A DNA stretch of 64,000 nucleotides from Dehalococcoidia bacterium (GCA_965204395.1 OZ241987.1:2482438-2546437); one strand, 5' to 3'; shown: positions 46,761 through 57,327, counted from the first letter of the stretch. The notes: generated by a model not told the origin, from the letters alone. Made by a program: numbers and translations.

Positions 46761-48088
46761 CGGAGGAATCCTTCGTAGTTGCGCATCATCAGCTGGGCTT
46801 CCAACTGCCGCAGCGTATCCAATCCGACGCCAACCATGATCAGCAGACTGGTGCTGCTGAGGGCAATGGCCTCAACGTTAGTTACCAGGGACGCCAGGTA
46901 CGGGACGATAGCAATAAAGCCAAGGAACAATGCCCCACCCAAAGTAAGGCGTACGATAACCCGGTTCAGATAGTCTTGCGTGGGCCGGCCCGGACGAATA
47001 CCAAGGACGAAACCGCCGTTGCGTTGCAGATTTTCGGCGATGTTCTGCTGCTGGAACACGACGAGGGTGTAGAAGAAAGTGAACGCGACCACCAGGAAAA
47101 ATGCCAGCACCCAGTAGATGGGGCCGGTAGGGCTGAGCGCAGTCTGCATGTTGCCGGCGACATTGCCAATGAACCCGCCGGCGGAGCTCAGGTACTGAGC
47201 CACGGTACCGGGCATGATCACGATGGAGAAGGCGAATATCAAGGGAATCATGCCTGCCGAATTGATCCGCAGCGGTATGTACGTAGAGCCGGATTGCCGG
47301 TACATTTGCCCGCCGCGAAATATGCTGCGGCCATATTGCACGGGGATTCGCCGGTGGGCTTCGTTGAACACCACAATCAACGCGATGATCAATAGGCCGA
47401 TCAACGCGAAGAAGAATATCCCGATGATGTTGTCCCGGTCCAGGAAGCTCGTGGCCAACAAGCCAGGGAAGCCAACCACGATACCGGCGAAAATGATCAG
47501 CGAAATTCCGTTTCCGATACCGCGTTCAGTGATCAACTCACCGAGCCAGACGAGGAACATGGTTCCGGCGGTCATGGACAGTACCGCTGCCAGTGTGGGC
47601 AGGAACGCATCCCCGGTGAAGCCAACGTTGGTCAGTACATTGGCCTGTTGCAACAGGACCAACTGGGCAAAAGCCTGTGCGATGGCGATGGGCACCGTGC
47701 CCCAATGAGTCATCCGGTTCATTTTGATGCGCCCGGCTTCGCCCTCCCGGGACATATTCTGTAGCGATGGGATCACGGGCGTAAGCAACTGCATGATGAT
47801 GGACGCGGTGATATACGGGAACACGCCCAGCGCGACAATGCTCATGCGACGCAAGGCGCCGCCCGAAAACAGGTCCAGGAACCCCAACAACTGGTTGTTG
47901 CTGAACAGGTTTTCCAGCGCTCCGGCGTCGAGACCGGGGATCGGGATGTGGGCCACCAAGCGGTAGAGGGCCAGCATGCCCAATGTGAACAGGATTTTTG
48001 CCCTGAGATCGGGAACGCTGAAAGCGTCGATCGCGGCCTGGATCAGCCGCGGCCACCGTCCGCCGCCCTGCACCTCTGACTGGATCAT
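46757..48088 (-). CDS. secY: preprotein translocase subunit SecY
   Basis: Ten transmembrane segments. GIFPYITASIIMQLL-like motif (GVFPYITASIIMQLLT) and WLGELITERGIGNGISLIIF. Confidence 0.95.
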   Translation of the reverse strand: MIQSEVQGGGRWPRLIQAAIDAFSVPDLRAKILFTLGMLALYRLVAHIPIPGLDAGALENLFSNNQLLGFLDLFSGGALRRMSIVALGVFPYITASIIMQLLTPVIPSLQNMSREGEAGRIKMNRMTHWGTVPIAIAQAFAQLVLLQQANVLTNVGFTGDAFLPTLAAVLSMTAGTMFLVWLGELITERGIGNGISLIIFAGIVVGFPGLLATSFLDRDNIIGIFFFALIGLLIIALIVVFNEAHRRIPVQYGRSIFRGGQMYRQSGSTYIPLRINSAGMIPLIFAFSIVIMPGTVAQYLSSAGGFIGNVAGNMQTALSPTGPIYWVLAFFLVVAFTFFYTLVVFQQQNIAENLQRNGGFVLGIRPGRPTQDYLNRVIVRLTLGGALFLGFIAIVPYLASLVTNVEAIALSSTSLLIMVGVGLDTLRQLEAQLMMRNYEGFLR

Positions 48089-48127
48089 GCCCGAACCGTC
48101 TCGCGCCCGTATAGCCGACTAAAGCTT

Positions 48128-48574
48128 TTAGATCTCTTCAACAGAACCGCCGGCTGCTTCAATTTTGGCGCGCGCCGACGCAGTGAATTTATGCGCCACG
48201 ACGGTGAGGGGCTGTCCCAGTTCGCCGTCTCCCACCACTTTTATGGGCAGATTAGGGCGACGAACGATATTCAACCCGTGTAGTAACTCTGGAGTGACCC
48301 GGACGCCGGCCTCAAATCGATCCTGAAGGGTGTTCAGATTCACCAACGAGTAATAGGTCTTGTAGCGATTGTTGAACCCACGTTTCATGGGCAGACCCTT
48401 GATGAGGGGCAACTGACCGCCTTCGAATCCAGGCCGCAAACCCTTGCCGGATCGGGATTTCTGGCCCTTTAAGCCGCGCCCGGCGTAACTCCCCCCACCG
48501 GCAGCGTCACCTCGGCCAACCCGCTTGCGGTTGCGACGGGCTCCCTTCGGTGGGGATATTTCGTGCTCCATCAT
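48128..48574 (-). CDS. rplO: 50S ribosomal protein L15 (uL15)
   Basis: RKRVGRGDAAGGGSYAGRGLKGQKSRSG. Confidence 0.95.
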   Translation of the reverse strand: MMEHEISPPKGARRNRKRVGRGDAAGGGSYAGRGLKGQKSRSGKGLRPGFEGGQLPLIKGLPMKRGFNNRYKTYYSLVNLNTLQDRFEAGVRVTPELLHGLNIVRRPNLPIKVVGDGELGQPLTVVAHKFTASARAKIEAAGGSVEEI

Positions 48575-48626
48575 CGTGTAAACGTTGCTCCAATAAGTAC
48601 GCGAATTTCCACCGGAAGGACCTTAT

Positions 48627-48809
48627 TCATTCAACCGGTTCCACCACCACCAGGTGCTGGACCTTTTTCACCATGCCCATGATGGTCGGGCTATCGTGAT
48701 GCACCACTGAGTGGTTGAGCCGCTTCAGGCCAAGGGACTCCACGATCCGACGCTGGTAGGACGGTCGGCCGATGCAACTCTTCTTCCAGGTGATTTTGAT
48801 CTGTGCCAT
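48627..48809 (-). CDS. rpmD: 50S ribosomal protein L30 (uL30)
   Basis: MAQIKITWKKSCIGRPSYQRRIVESLGLKRLNHSV. The upstream ATG at 48821 is possible. Confidence 0.9.
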   Translation of the reverse strand: MAQIKITWKKSCIGRPSYQRRIVESLGLKRLNHSVVHHDSPTIMGMVKKVQHLVVVEPVE

Positions 48810-48838
48810 TTTGCTACTCAATCGCTTCGTTGGGCAGA

Positions 48839-49669
48839 TTATTCAGCATCAGTTTCGGACGTCGATTCCGCCGACGGTGAGACCTCACCATCGGATGGTG
48901 TAGCCTCAGCCGGCGCGTCAACTGCTGTGCTGGTCGGCTCGCTCGTTTCAGTTGTCGCCTCCGTTTCAGCCGCAGGCGGAGCCGCTTCGGCTGTTGGGGC
49001 CGGCTCTGCCGCAGTAGTCGCGGGCGCGGCCGGCTCAGATGCTTCAGCGGCTGCGGGTTGCGCAGATTCTGCGGCGCCGTTGACCTCGGGTCGGTTGAGT
49101 CCCAGCCGGTTGGCGCGTTCGGTTTCCGGATCTCTGAGCAAGCTCAACGCTTCCAAAGTGGCTTGGACGATGTTGATCGGGTTACGAGAACCGAGGGACT
49201 TGCCCACCACGTCCTGCACGCCGCCCAATTCGAGCATGGCGCGCATCGCACCAGCCGCAATTACTCCGGTTCCCAGAGGCGCCGGTTTGATGATCACGAT
49301 AGAGGCGCCTTTCCTCACCGAGATTTCGTGAGGAATTGTGCTGCCCTTGATGGGGATGCTGATGGTGCTCCGCCGCGCCACCGCCGTACCTTTTCGCACC
49401 GCGTCTGGAATGGCCAGGGCTTTGCCCATGCCAGCACCGACGCGCCCTTGGCCGTCGCCGATCACCACCAGGGCGTTGAATCGGAGTCTGCGTCCGCCCT
49501 TGACCACTTTGGCGATGCGGCGGGTGTGGACGACCCGCTCGTTGAAGCCGCCACTGTCGTCTTCTCGTTGTCGCTGGTCGCGGTCGCGTCCGCGTCCGCC
49601 ACGGCCGCCGCGTCGGTCGCCGCCGCCGCGATCGCTACGTTCACCTCTACGGGTTGCTGGTGAAACCAT
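48839..49669 (-). CDS. rpsE: 30S ribosomal protein S5 (uS5) with an RG-rich N-terminal extension and a ~90-aa A/E/T/P-rich C-terminal extension
   Basis: Core is ERVVHTRRIAKVVKGGRRLRFNALVVIGDGQGRVGAGMGKA. Confidence 0.95.
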   Translation of the reverse strand: MVSPATRRGERSDRGGGDRRGGRGGRGRDRDQRQREDDSGGFNERVVHTRRIAKVVKGGRRLRFNALVVIGDGQGRVGAGMGKALAIPDAVRKGTAVARRSTISIPIKGSTIPHEISVRKGASIVIIKPAPLGTGVIAAGAMRAMLELGGVQDVVGKSLGSRNPINIVQATLEALSLLRDPETERANRLGLNRPEVNGAAESAQPAAAEASEPAAPATTAAEPAPTAEAAPPAAETEATTETSEPTSTAVDAPAEATPSDGEVSPSAESTSETDAE

Positions 49670-50028
49670 CAGAACCTAAGCCCTCCTTCTCGGGCTGCGT
49701 CGGCCAGGGCTTTCACCCGTCCATGGAATTGGTAACCGCCGCGGTCGAATACTACCGCAGACACCCCGGCGGCGATGGCGCGTTCCGCTACCAACTTGCC
49801 CACCGCCACGGAGGCCGCGGTTTTCGGTGTGGCTGCAGCTTGGTCCAACTCGCGGCTCGACGCTTGGGCAACAGTGTGTCCCCGGGCGTCGTCAATCACC
49901 TGGGCATAGATTCCTTTCAAACTGCGAAACACGCACAGCCGAGGGCGTTCAGGCGTCCCAATCACTTTGTTCCTTACCCGGCGGTGTCGAACGACACGCA
50001 GCTTCCGGGCATCCTTGTCTTTTGGCAT
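49669..50028 (-). CDS. rplR: 50S ribosomal protein L18 (uL18)
   Basis: [34 protein letters not shown]. Confidence 0.95.
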   Translation of the reverse strand: MPKDKDARKLRVVRHRRVRNKVIGTPERPRLCVFRSLKGIYAQVIDDARGHTVAQASSRELDQAAATPKTAASVAVGKLVAERAIAAGVSAVVFDRGGYQFHGRVKALADAAREGGLRF

Positions 50029-50069
50029 ATCTTCGTCGCTCTCAAATTCGAACGTTGTCGGACTCTGTG

Positions 50070-50684
50070 CTACACGGCGCGGCGCGCGGCGGCCTTGCCG
50101 GGCTTCAAACGCAAAGCCTCGTTTTGGTAACGGATTCCCTTTTCCTTGTAGGCGTTTGGAGGCCGCACTTTGCGTACTTTGGCAGCGAGCTGGCCCACTT
50201 TCTGCTTATCGACTCCGGATATATGCACCCGGTTATTGCCTTCCACCGCCATGGTCAGACCTTCTTCGGGGAAGACGTCCACCGTGTGGCTATACCCGAC
50301 ACTGAGGGTGATACCGTCACCATTCTGCTGCACCCGGTACCCGACCCCCATCAACTCCAACGTCCTGCTGTAGCCTTCGGTGACTCCGACGACGGCGTTC
50401 GCGACGAGTGAGCGAGTAAGACCATGCAACGAGTGATGGAACTTGCGCTCAGTGAGCCGCTCTACGATGATCTCATCGCCGTCGACACTGACGTTGACTT
50501 CAGGGTGGTACTTTTGGGTAACAGTCCCACGCGGACCGGTAACGATGATGCCGCCGTAAATCACCTCTACCGTCACCCCAGACGGGATAGGAATGGGTTG
50601 TCGACCGACGCGGGAGAGCGGGCGCTCTGGGGGCGGCACACGCTCGGCGACGCCGGAACTGATCATCATTTCATTACCAGACAT
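50070..50684 (-). CDS. rplF: 50S ribosomal protein L6 (uL6)
   Basis: [18 protein letters not shown]... The start could also be the ATG at 50669 or 50666. Confidence 0.9.
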   Translation of the reverse strand: MSGNEMMISSGVAERVPPPERPLSRVGRQPIPIPSGVTVEVIYGGIIVTGPRGTVTQKYHPEVNVSVDGDEIIVERLTERKFHHSLHGLTRSLVANAVVGVTEGYSRTLELMGVGYRVQQNGDGITLSVGYSHTVDVFPEEGLTMAVEGNNRVHISGVDKQKVGQLAAKVRKVRPPNAYKEKGIRYQNEALRLKPGKAAARRAV

Positions 50685-51072
50685 AACAGACCAATTCTCC
50701 TCCGATTCCCTTCCGCCACGCTTCGTAACCGGTCATCATCCCCTGCGAGGTTGATACGATGGCGATTCCCAAACCGCCATAGACCCGAGGGATCTCTCCA
50801 CGTCCGACGTGGACACGAAGACCGGGCTTGCTGATCCGTCTCAATCCCCGGATGGCGTTTTGTTCGTCATCCTTGTAAAGCAGATGGATGCGCATGGTCG
50901 GGAATTTCTGGTTCCTGGCCAGGTCCCAGTCGCGGATGTAACCCTGCGACTTCAAGATGTCGGCGATCGCCGTCTTGATCTTCGATTGGGGCACCAAAAC
51001 CGTTTGATGACGCGCGTGGATGGCGTTGCGTATGCGCGTCAGCATATCTGCAACCGGGTCGTTGATCGGCAT
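50674..51072 (-). CDS. rpsH: 30S ribosomal protein S8 (uS8)
   Basis: MPINDPVADMLTRIRNAIHARHQTV. Confidence 0.95.
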   Translation of the reverse strand: MPINDPVADMLTRIRNAIHARHQTVLVPQSKIKTAIADILKSQGYIRDWDLARNQKFPTMRIHLLYKDDEQNAIRGLRRISKPGLRVHVGRGEIPRVYGGLGIAIVSTSQGMMTGYEAWRKGIGGELVCYVW

Positions 51073-51155
51073 CGCGTTAGAGCTCCATCACTTTTTTGCT
51101 TTTTCGCCCACGATGCCTGGCGCTACCGGCATCGACTCACTCTTACTGGATTTTG

Positions 51156-51461
51156 TCACAGACTCGCTTTTCGGACACCGGGCAACAACCCATCGAGAGC
51201 CATTTCTCGGAACGATATTCGCGACAGGCCAAAGTGCCGGATATACCCTCGTGGCCTGCCGGTCGCGCCATCCCGGTTGCGGATGCGGTTCGGGTTCGCG
51301 TCGGGAGGCAACAGGGCCAATTTCTGCCTGGCCTCGAAGCGTTCTCGCATGGGTCTGGAGATGTCACGGGCCTGAGCGAGCAGTGCGGCCCTTTGCTCTG
51401 CGTATTTGGCAACGGTTCGCTTGCGTCGTTCGTTTTTTGCTATGGCTGACTTCTTAGCCAA
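51156..51461 (-). CDS. rpsN: 30S ribosomal protein S14 (uS14, long non-zinc form)
   Basis: MAKKSAIAKNERRKRTVAKY...GLSRISFREMALDGLLPGVRKAS. No CxxC pairs are present. Confidence 0.95.
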   Translation of the reverse strand: MAKKSAIAKNERRKRTVAKYAEQRAALLAQARDISRPMRERFEARQKLALLPPDANPNRIRNRDGATGRPRGYIRHFGLSRISFREMALDGLLPGVRKASL

Positions 51462-51550
51462 AATCTGTTCTCCAGTTCGTAGGAAGTTCCGGACGTGCCG
51501 TGCGCGTCAGAAAGATACTGGTTTGGCACCAGCGTGATTGACCGTGAGGT

Positions 51551-52219
51551 TTACTGCCGGATGAATGGCATCCCGAAATGCTCAAGCAATCGGGTCGCCT
51601 CAGCGTCGTTGTTGGCGGTGGTTGTGATTGTGACCTGAAGTCCACGCAACCGGTCGATGCTGTTGTAATCGATTTCAGGAAATACGATCTGCTCACGCAA
51701 CCCCAGAGAGAAGTTGCCGCGACCGTCGAAGCCGCGTCGGGAGATGCCACGAAAGTCTCGAATGCGCGGCAGGGCTGTGATGATCAACCGCTCCAGGAAG
51801 TAATACATGCGGTCGCCGCGGAGCGTGACTGCGGTGCCGATCGGGTTTCCTTGTCGGACTTTAAAGCCCGCGATGGAGCGCCTGGCCCGCGTGATTATTG
51901 GTTTTTGTCCCGATATGGTCGTCAGGTCGCGAACCGCGCTTTCCATGGCCCGACCGTTGGTCAAAGCCTCGCCCAATCCGATATTCAGGTTGATCTTGCT
52001 CAACCTGGGCACTTGCATCGGACTTGAATAGCCGAACTCCGATACCATAGCCGGGACGATTTCATCCCGAAACCGGATCTTGAAAGTTGGAGGCGGGAGT
52101 TCGGTCCCATTGGTACCGTTACTCTCCGCGGACTCCTGCTGACGACGGCGCCGTCCGCCGCCCTCATTGGTCCGTTCCTGGGTTCCTTCAGTTTGTTGTT
52201 GGGTCGTCATGGCGATCAC
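51551..52219 (-). CDS. rplE: 50S ribosomal protein L5 (uL5) with a ~44-aa N-terminal extension
   Basis: Core is [38 protein letters not shown]. It has an ATGA overlap with rplX. Confidence 0.95.
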   Translation of the reverse strand: MIAMTTQQQTEGTQERTNEGGGRRRRQQESAESNGTNGTELPPPTFKIRFRDEIVPAMVSEFGYSSPMQVPRLSKINLNIGLGEALTNGRAMESAVRDLTTISGQKPIITRARRSIAGFKVRQGNPIGTAVTLRGDRMYYFLERLIITALPRIRDFRGISRRGFDGRGNFSLGLREQIVFPEIDYNSIDRLRGLQVTITTTANNDAEATRLLEHFGMPFIRQ

Positions 52220-52488
52220 TCGTCCCGGTTTCGGAACTGGCTACCAGGCTCCGTATAGTTGCTTTGAATCAATTTGATATTGGAGATGTGGATGGACGAT
52301 TCCTGCTGGACTCTCCCGCCCTGGCGGATGCCGGGGCGCGGCTTGTAGTGCTTGGTGACGACGTTCACGCCCTCCACGATGACCCGGTTTTTCTCCGGCA
52401 CCATCTGGAGCACGCGGCCGGTCTTTCCCTTGTCTTTACCGGCGATCACCACCACATCGTCGCCGCGGTGAATCTTACTCCTGGGCAT
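52216..52488 (-). CDS. rplX: 50S ribosomal protein L24 (uL24)
   Basis: [23 protein letters not shown]. Confidence 0.95.
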   Translation of the reverse strand: MPRSKIHRGDDVVVIAGKDKGKTGRVLQMVPEKNRVIVEGVNVVTKHYKPRPGIRQGGRVQQESSIHISNIKLIQSNYTEPGSQFRNRDE

Positions 52489-52856
52489 TACACAACCTCC
52501 GGCGCCAGAGACACGATGCGCATGAAACCCTTGTCGCGGAGTTCGCGGGCGACGGGTCCAAATATGCGGGTCCCACGGGGCAACTGGTTGTCGTTGATAA
52601 GCACCGCAGCGTTATCGTCGAATTTGATATAAGTCCCGTCAGGCCTGAGCAAAGGGGCTGCCTGGCGCACGACCACGGCTTTGACTACGGTTCCCTTGCG
52701 AACAGGAGAATTGGGTACGGCTTCCCTGACCGTGCACACGATGATGTCGCCAACGGACGCGTATTTACGGCGGCTTGAACCAGGGATGTTGATCAACCGG
52801 ATGCGGCGCGCTCCACTATTGTCCGCCACGTGGAGCCTGGTATAACTCTGGATCAT
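52488..52856 (-). CDS. rplN: 50S ribosomal protein L14 (uL14)
   Basis: [19 protein letters not shown]. Confidence 0.95.
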   Translation of the reverse strand: MIQSYTRLHVADNSGARRIRLINIPGSSRRKYASVGDIIVCTVREAVPNSPVRKGTVVKAVVVRQAAPLLRPDGTYIKFDDNAAVLINDNQLPRGTRIFGPVARELRDKGFMRIVSLAPEVV

Positions 52857-53219
52857 TTACGCTTCCTCGTCGTCTGCGGCATCAATGTCGATGGTTTGGT
52901 CAGATTCGCTTTCGGCCGGTTCGATCGCAACGTCGGTCTCGAGATCGATGGGCCGAACGTCGGCCACCTCACGACGGGCGGTTATCTCCAGCAGGCGCCA
53001 GTGCTTGGTGCGGGAGATCGGACGGGTCTCCTGGATCCTTACCGTGTCGCCGATTCGACACTGGCCTTCCGGGTCATGGACATAGAACCGAGTGACGCGC
53101 CGCATCTGTTTGCGGTAAACGCGGTGGCGTTGCTTCCACACGTACTCCACCACAGCCGTCTTGTCCATTCGGGTGCTGACCACAAACCCCACCCGAATTT
53201 TCCGCATAGCTTTTGCCAT
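52857..53219 (-). CDS. rpsQ: 30S ribosomal protein S17 (uS17) with an acidic C-terminal tail
   Basis: GFVVSTRMDKTAVVEYVWKQRHRVYRK...HDPEGQCRIGDTVRIQETRPISRTKHW. Confidence 0.95.
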   Translation of the reverse strand: MAKAMRKIRVGFVVSTRMDKTAVVEYVWKQRHRVYRKQMRRVTRFYVHDPEGQCRIGDTVRIQETRPISRTKHWRLLEITARREVADVRPIDLETDVAIEPAESESDQTIDIDAADDEEA

Positions 53220-53265
53220 TGTGAGTTATTCCTTGCAGTTACGTTCCAAACAGAGGGCCGCTACC

Positions 53266-53457
53266 CTACTCGACTCCCCGTTCACGCAGGCATGTCAGCA
53301 TCCGCGCGATGTCTTTGCGCGTTTTGCGCGGCTGGTTGGTATCGGTGAGTTGGTTTGTTGCGTCGCGAAAACGCAGGTTCATGAGTTCCTGGTAGGACTT
53401 ATCGAGTTCGTCTCGAATTTGATCGTCGCTGAGCGCCCGTATTTCGTACATTTTCAT
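53266..53457 (-). CDS. rpmC: 50S ribosomal protein L29 (uL29)
   Basis: IRALSDDQIRDELDKSYQELMNLRF. Confidence 0.9.
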   Translation of the reverse strand: MKMYEIRALSDDQIRDELDKSYQELMNLRFRDATNQLTDTNQPRKTRKDIARMLTCLRERGVE

Positions 53458-53463
53458 CGGGAC

Positions 53464-53910
53464 TTAGCCTCCGGAACCGGAAAGCAGCGAGTTGACACGG
53501 TCCCGATACACGATTTTGGTAGGGATCGGCAACTTGTGAGCGGCGCGCTGCAAGGCCTCTTCTGCCTGGTTCATGGGGACACCGCCGACCTCGAACATAA
53601 TACGGCCCGGCCTGACAACAGCTACCCAATGGTCGTTAGCCGCTTTCCCGCCGCCCATCCGGACCTCGGCGGGCTTTTTGGATACCGGCTTGTCGGGAAA
53701 GACGCGGATCCACGTCTTCCCGCCACGTTGGAGATGGCGGGTGATCGCGACACGCGCCGATTCGATTTGACGAGCGGTAATCCATTCCGGACTCATCGCT
53801 TTCAACCCAATTTGGCCGAATTCAACGGTGCTTCCGGTGGTGGCCGCGCCTCGGCGTTTTCCTCGGCCCATCTTCCGGAATTTGGTCCTCTTGGGTTGCA
53901 ACATGATCAA
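53464..53910 (-). CDS. rplP: 50S ribosomal protein L16 (uL16)
   Basis: [19 protein letters not shown]...[15 protein letters not shown]. Confidence 0.95.
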   Translation of the reverse strand: MIMLQPKRTKFRKMGRGKRRGAATTGSTVEFGQIGLKAMSPEWITARQIESARVAITRHLQRGGKTWIRVFPDKPVSKKPAEVRMGGGKAANDHWVAVVRPGRIMFEVGGVPMNQAEEALQRAAHKLPIPTKIVYRDRVNSLLSGSGG

Positions 53911-53985
53911 TGACTCCGTGTTGGTAACGGTCGTGGTTCTGCGCGAGTGGTGAGCCTTTTTGGACTACACCCGACGCTGCGCGTG

Positions 53986-54720
53986 TCAGATTTCCAAATC
54001 CGGCGCCATGTCCGCGTCGGCGTCCTGGCTGGAAACTCGGAATTCAATGCTATCCAATTCGTCGTCGTCTTCGGCCGGCGGGGGCATGATCTGGCCCTTG
54101 TAGATCCACACTTTGATCCCGATGCGTCCCATGGCGGTGTGTGCCTCCGCCAGAGCATAGTCGATATCGGCGCGCAGCGTGTGCAATGGGACTTGTCCCA
54201 TCATCAATTTTTCGGTCCGTGCGATTTCGGCGCCGGAAATACGCCCTTTGGTGATGATCTTGATTCCTTCCGCTCCGGCTTGCATGGTGCGCAACGCAGC
54301 CTGCCGCATTGCCCTCCTGTAGGCAACACGCCTACTGAGTTGGTCCGCGATATTCCTGCCCACGAGGAACGGGTCCAGTTCGGGCTGTTCGATTTCTACG
54401 ATGTTCAGGCGGAGCTGTCCGCTGGTCATGGTCTCCAGGCGGGACCTGAGCCCCTTGACCCGGTCACCGTCGCGCCCGATCAGGATGCCGGGGCGAGCCG
54501 AATGGATGTTGATGATAGTTTCCTGGGCGGTACGATCGATCTCAATGCGCGCAATTCCCGCGTCGGCAAACGCCTGATATTCGTCGTGAATCGTTCGGCG
54601 TAAGCCCAGGTCCTGTTGCACACCGTCCCGATACTGGGATCCGTTGTTAGCGTACCAGTGGGTCTTCCAGTCTTTGATGATTCCCAACCGGAAACCCAGG
54701 GGGTGGGTTTTATGGCCCAT
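53986..54720 (-). CDS. rpsC: 30S ribosomal protein S3 (uS3)
   Basis: MGHKTHPLGFRLGIIKDWKTHWYA. Confidence 0.95.
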   Translation of the reverse strand: MGHKTHPLGFRLGIIKDWKTHWYANNGSQYRDGVQQDLGLRRTIHDEYQAFADAGIARIEIDRTAQETIINIHSARPGILIGRDGDRVKGLRSRLETMTSGQLRLNIVEIEQPELDPFLVGRNIADQLSRRVAYRRAMRQAALRTMQAGAEGIKIITKGRISGAEIARTEKLMMGQVPLHTLRADIDYALAEAHTAMGRIGIKVWIYKGQIMPPPAEDDDELDSIEFRVSSQDADADMAPDLEI

Positions 54721-54723
54721 CGG

Positions 54724-55068
54724 CTAGCCCTCCTGAATGTCGTCAACTTCGATGATGATGTGACTGGAGCGCCGCGTAACACGACCGATCCGGCCTCTGG
54801 CCCGTGCGCGGAACCTCTTCAGAGGCCGCGCCTGATCTGCAGAGATGCGCGTGATGCGCAACTCGTTGCGGTTCATGAACATGTTGTTTTCGGCGTTTGA
54901 TGCCGCCGACTGGACTACCTTGGCCACGGAACGGGCCCACGGGGAGGTCATCAAACTCAGATGGTCCAGAGCATCGTTAACCGTCATGCCCCGAACAGCG
55001 TCCATGATCGGTTTCAGCCGCTTTGGAGAGGCTCCTACCTGCTTGGCTCTGGCGCGCACCACTGGCAT
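54724..55068 (-). CDS. rplV: 50S ribosomal protein L22 (uL22)
   Basis: ARAKQVGASPKRLKPIMDAVRGMTVNDAL. Confidence 0.95.
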   Translation of the reverse strand: MPVVRARAKQVGASPKRLKPIMDAVRGMTVNDALDHLSLMTSPWARSVAKVVQSAASNAENNMFMNRNELRITRISADQARPLKRFRARARGRIGRVTRRSSHIIIEVDDIQEG

Positions 55069-55072
55069 CGCG

Positions 55073-55357
55073 TCACCTCACCCTGCTGGATCGCTCGGAT
55101 CTAGCGACGTGCCCGCGATACGTACGTGTGGGGGCGAATTCGCCAAAACGGTGCCCCACCATATTCTCGGTGATAAAAACCGGGACGTGCCTGCGGCCAT
55201 CGTGCACCCCAAAGTTGAGGCCCACCATTTCGGGCATGATCATCGAATCCCGGGACCACGTGCGGATCACGGTGGCTTCACCGGATTCCCGGACCTGGTT
55301 AACTTTTTTTAGAAGCTTCGGGTGGACGTACGGTCCTTTTTTGATTGAACGCGACAT
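55073..55357 (-). CDS. rpsS: 30S ribosomal protein S19 (uS19)
   Basis: [19 protein letters not shown]...[16 protein letters not shown]. Confidence 0.95.
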   Translation of the reverse strand: MSRSIKKGPYVHPKLLKKVNQVRESGEATVIRTWSRDSMIMPEMVGLNFGVHDGRRHVPVFITENMVGHRFGEFAPTRTYRGHVARSERSSRVR

Positions 55358-55408
55358 AATGCAATATTCTTTGCCAACGCCGAGCCAACGGCGCGTGTGT
55401 TTTGATGT

Positions 55409-56245
55409 TTAGCGACGCCACCTTCGTCCGCGGACGATGAAACGGCTCGACGTCTTTTTCTTGTTGCGTGTCTTATGTCCCAACGTGGGTTTCCCGGTGG
55501 GCGATTTGGGGCCAGGCATACCGATCGGAGACCGACCCTCGCCGCCGCCGTGGGGATGGTCCACCGGGTTTTTGGCTACGCCACGCACATGGGGGCGCCG
55601 GCCAAGGTGCCTCTTGGCGCCGGCTTTGCCCAGGCTTTCGTTTTTGTGGTCAGGATTGGACAATTGCCCGACGCTGGCCCTGCAGTTCAGCAGGATTCGG
55701 CGCATCTCTCCGGAGGGCAGCCGGATCAAAACGTACTCACCTTCGCGGGAGAGCACCTGCGCTCCCGTTCCGGCCCCACGCACCAACTGACCGCCGCGAC
55801 CGGGCGTCAGTTCAAGGTTGTGCACCACCGTTCCCGTGGGGATGTTACGCAAGGGTAGGGTGTTGCCGGGATTGATTTCGGCGGTTGGACCCGATTCGAC
55901 CCGGTCCCCAACGCGGAGGTTCACCGGAGCCAGGATGTACGATTTCTCCCCGTCGGCGTAATGCAACAATGCGATCCGGGTGGTGCGATTGGGATCGTAT
56001 TCGATGGTCTTGACTGTGGCCGGGACTCCGTCTTTCCGTCGCTTGAAATCGATCTTTCGATACATCCGACGCGACCCGCCGCCACGATGGTACGCAGTGA
56101 TACGGCCCCGGTTGTTCCGGCCTCCACGCTTCTGCAGGGGCTCTAACAGAGACTTCTCCGGCTTTTTGGTGGTGATCTCCTCAAAAGAGGGCCTCACTGC
56201 GTTGCGCGTGCCAGGTGTAATTGGACGAATATTTTTCAGTGGCAT
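55409..56245 (-). CDS. rplB: 50S ribosomal protein L2 (uL2)
   Basis: ITPGTRNAV...[17 protein letters not shown]...[19 protein letters not shown]. Confidence 0.95.
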   Translation of the reverse strand: MPLKNIRPITPGTRNAVRPSFEEITTKKPEKSLLEPLQKRGGRNNRGRITAYHRGGGSRRMYRKIDFKRRKDGVPATVKTIEYDPNRTTRIALLHYADGEKSYILAPVNLRVGDRVESGPTAEINPGNTLPLRNIPTGTVVHNLELTPGRGGQLVRGAGTGAQVLSREGEYVLIRLPSGEMRRILLNCRASVGQLSNPDHKNESLGKAGAKRHLGRRPHVRGVAKNPVDHPHGGGEGRSPIGMPGPKSPTGKPTLGHKTRNKKKTSSRFIVRGRRWRR

Positions 56246-56365
56246 CGATTTGCTCTCTTACAGTCCGGTTCCCGCTATGTCTCGAATTCAGTCGTCGGTA
56301 CGTTTCAGAAGTTGCGGTTTGAACCGGCCACTAACTTTTCATTTCGCGGTGGCCGCCAAGGGCCG

Positions 56366-56650
56366 CTACAGCCCTTCGATAAGATCAATGCGGTCCCCAA
56401 CGCGGAGCGTTACGACCGCTTTTTTAGTGTCGGGTTGTTTCTTGAACCGCGGACCGTATCGCTTGCGTTTCCCTCGGTTTACCGTGATGTTCACCCCGAC
56501 GACCTTCACGCCAAAATGCTGCTCGACAGCTTGTTTGACCAGCGTCTTATTGGCTTTGGCGGCAATCTCAAAGGTATATTGACCCTCTTCCTGCAAGAGG
56601 GTGCTCTTTTCCGTGATGGTAGGCCGTAGGAGCACTTCACTGATGTTCAT
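56366..56650 (-). CDS. rplW: 50S ribosomal protein L23 (uL23)
   Basis: LLRPTITEKSTLLQEEGQYTFEIAAKANKTLVKQAVE. Confidence 0.95.
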   Translation of the reverse strand: MNISEVLLRPTITEKSTLLQEEGQYTFEIAAKANKTLVKQAVEQHFGVKVVGVNITVNRGKRKRYGPRFKKQPDTKKAVVTLRVGDRIDLIEGL

Positions 56651-57327
56651 GCTTGTGTCTCCTCGGCGTTTGCGACCTCGGCCGCTTTTCTGGCGTGGAA
56701 TTTCGGAGCGGTGGAAAGTTCAACGATACGTTGAATAGCTCCAACCGTTGCCAGGATCGTTTCCTTTTTCAACACGTCGTTGGCGTTGACCAGATCGGAT
56801 GGCTGGGTCCAGACTTGCTTCAGGTTGCTGCCGGCCCGCGCTACGTTTTGGTCGGCGTTTTCGGTAATTACCAATACTGAACCCGAAATGCCCAAGTTTT
56901 CCAGCAAGCGCTTCATGGACTTCGTGCGTCCGTCCAGCTCACCCAACGAATCAATGCAGACGAGACGGCCGCCACGAATTTTCTCAGACAACACGCATTG
57001 CAGTGCCTTCCGGCGCATCGCTCTGGGCAGTCCCTTACGATAATCGCGCGGCTTGGGGCCGAAAGCGATGCCGCCGTGTCGCCATTGGGGAGACCGGATA
57101 CTGCCCTGGCGGGCACGCCCGGTGTGCTTCTGAATCCAGGGTTTCCGTCCGCCGCCCGATACTTCAGCACGGGTCAGCGTTGAATGTGTGCCCTGCCGTT
57201 GGTTCAACTGATAGATGACCATGGCCTGGTGCACGAGAGAGGGATTCATCGGTATGTCAAGGATTCCATCATCGATGTTGATGGTGTCAATCGCTTGACC
57301 ATTGCCGTTTACTACAGGCAGTTCCAT
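56647..57327 (-). CDS. rplD: 50S ribosomal protein L4 (uL4)
   Basis: TLTRAEVSGGGRKPWIQKHTGRARQGSIRSPQWRHGG. Confidence 0.95.
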   Translation of the reverse strand: MELPVVNGNGQAIDTINIDDGILDIPMNPSLVHQAMVIYQLNQRQGTHSTLTRAEVSGGGRKPWIQKHTGRARQGSIRSPQWRHGGIAFGPKPRDYRKGLPRAMRRKALQCVLSEKIRGGRLVCIDSLGELDGRTKSMKRLLENLGISGSVLVITENADQNVARAGSNLKQVWTQPSDLVNANDVLKKETILATVGAIQRIVELSTAPKFHARKAAEVANAEETQA

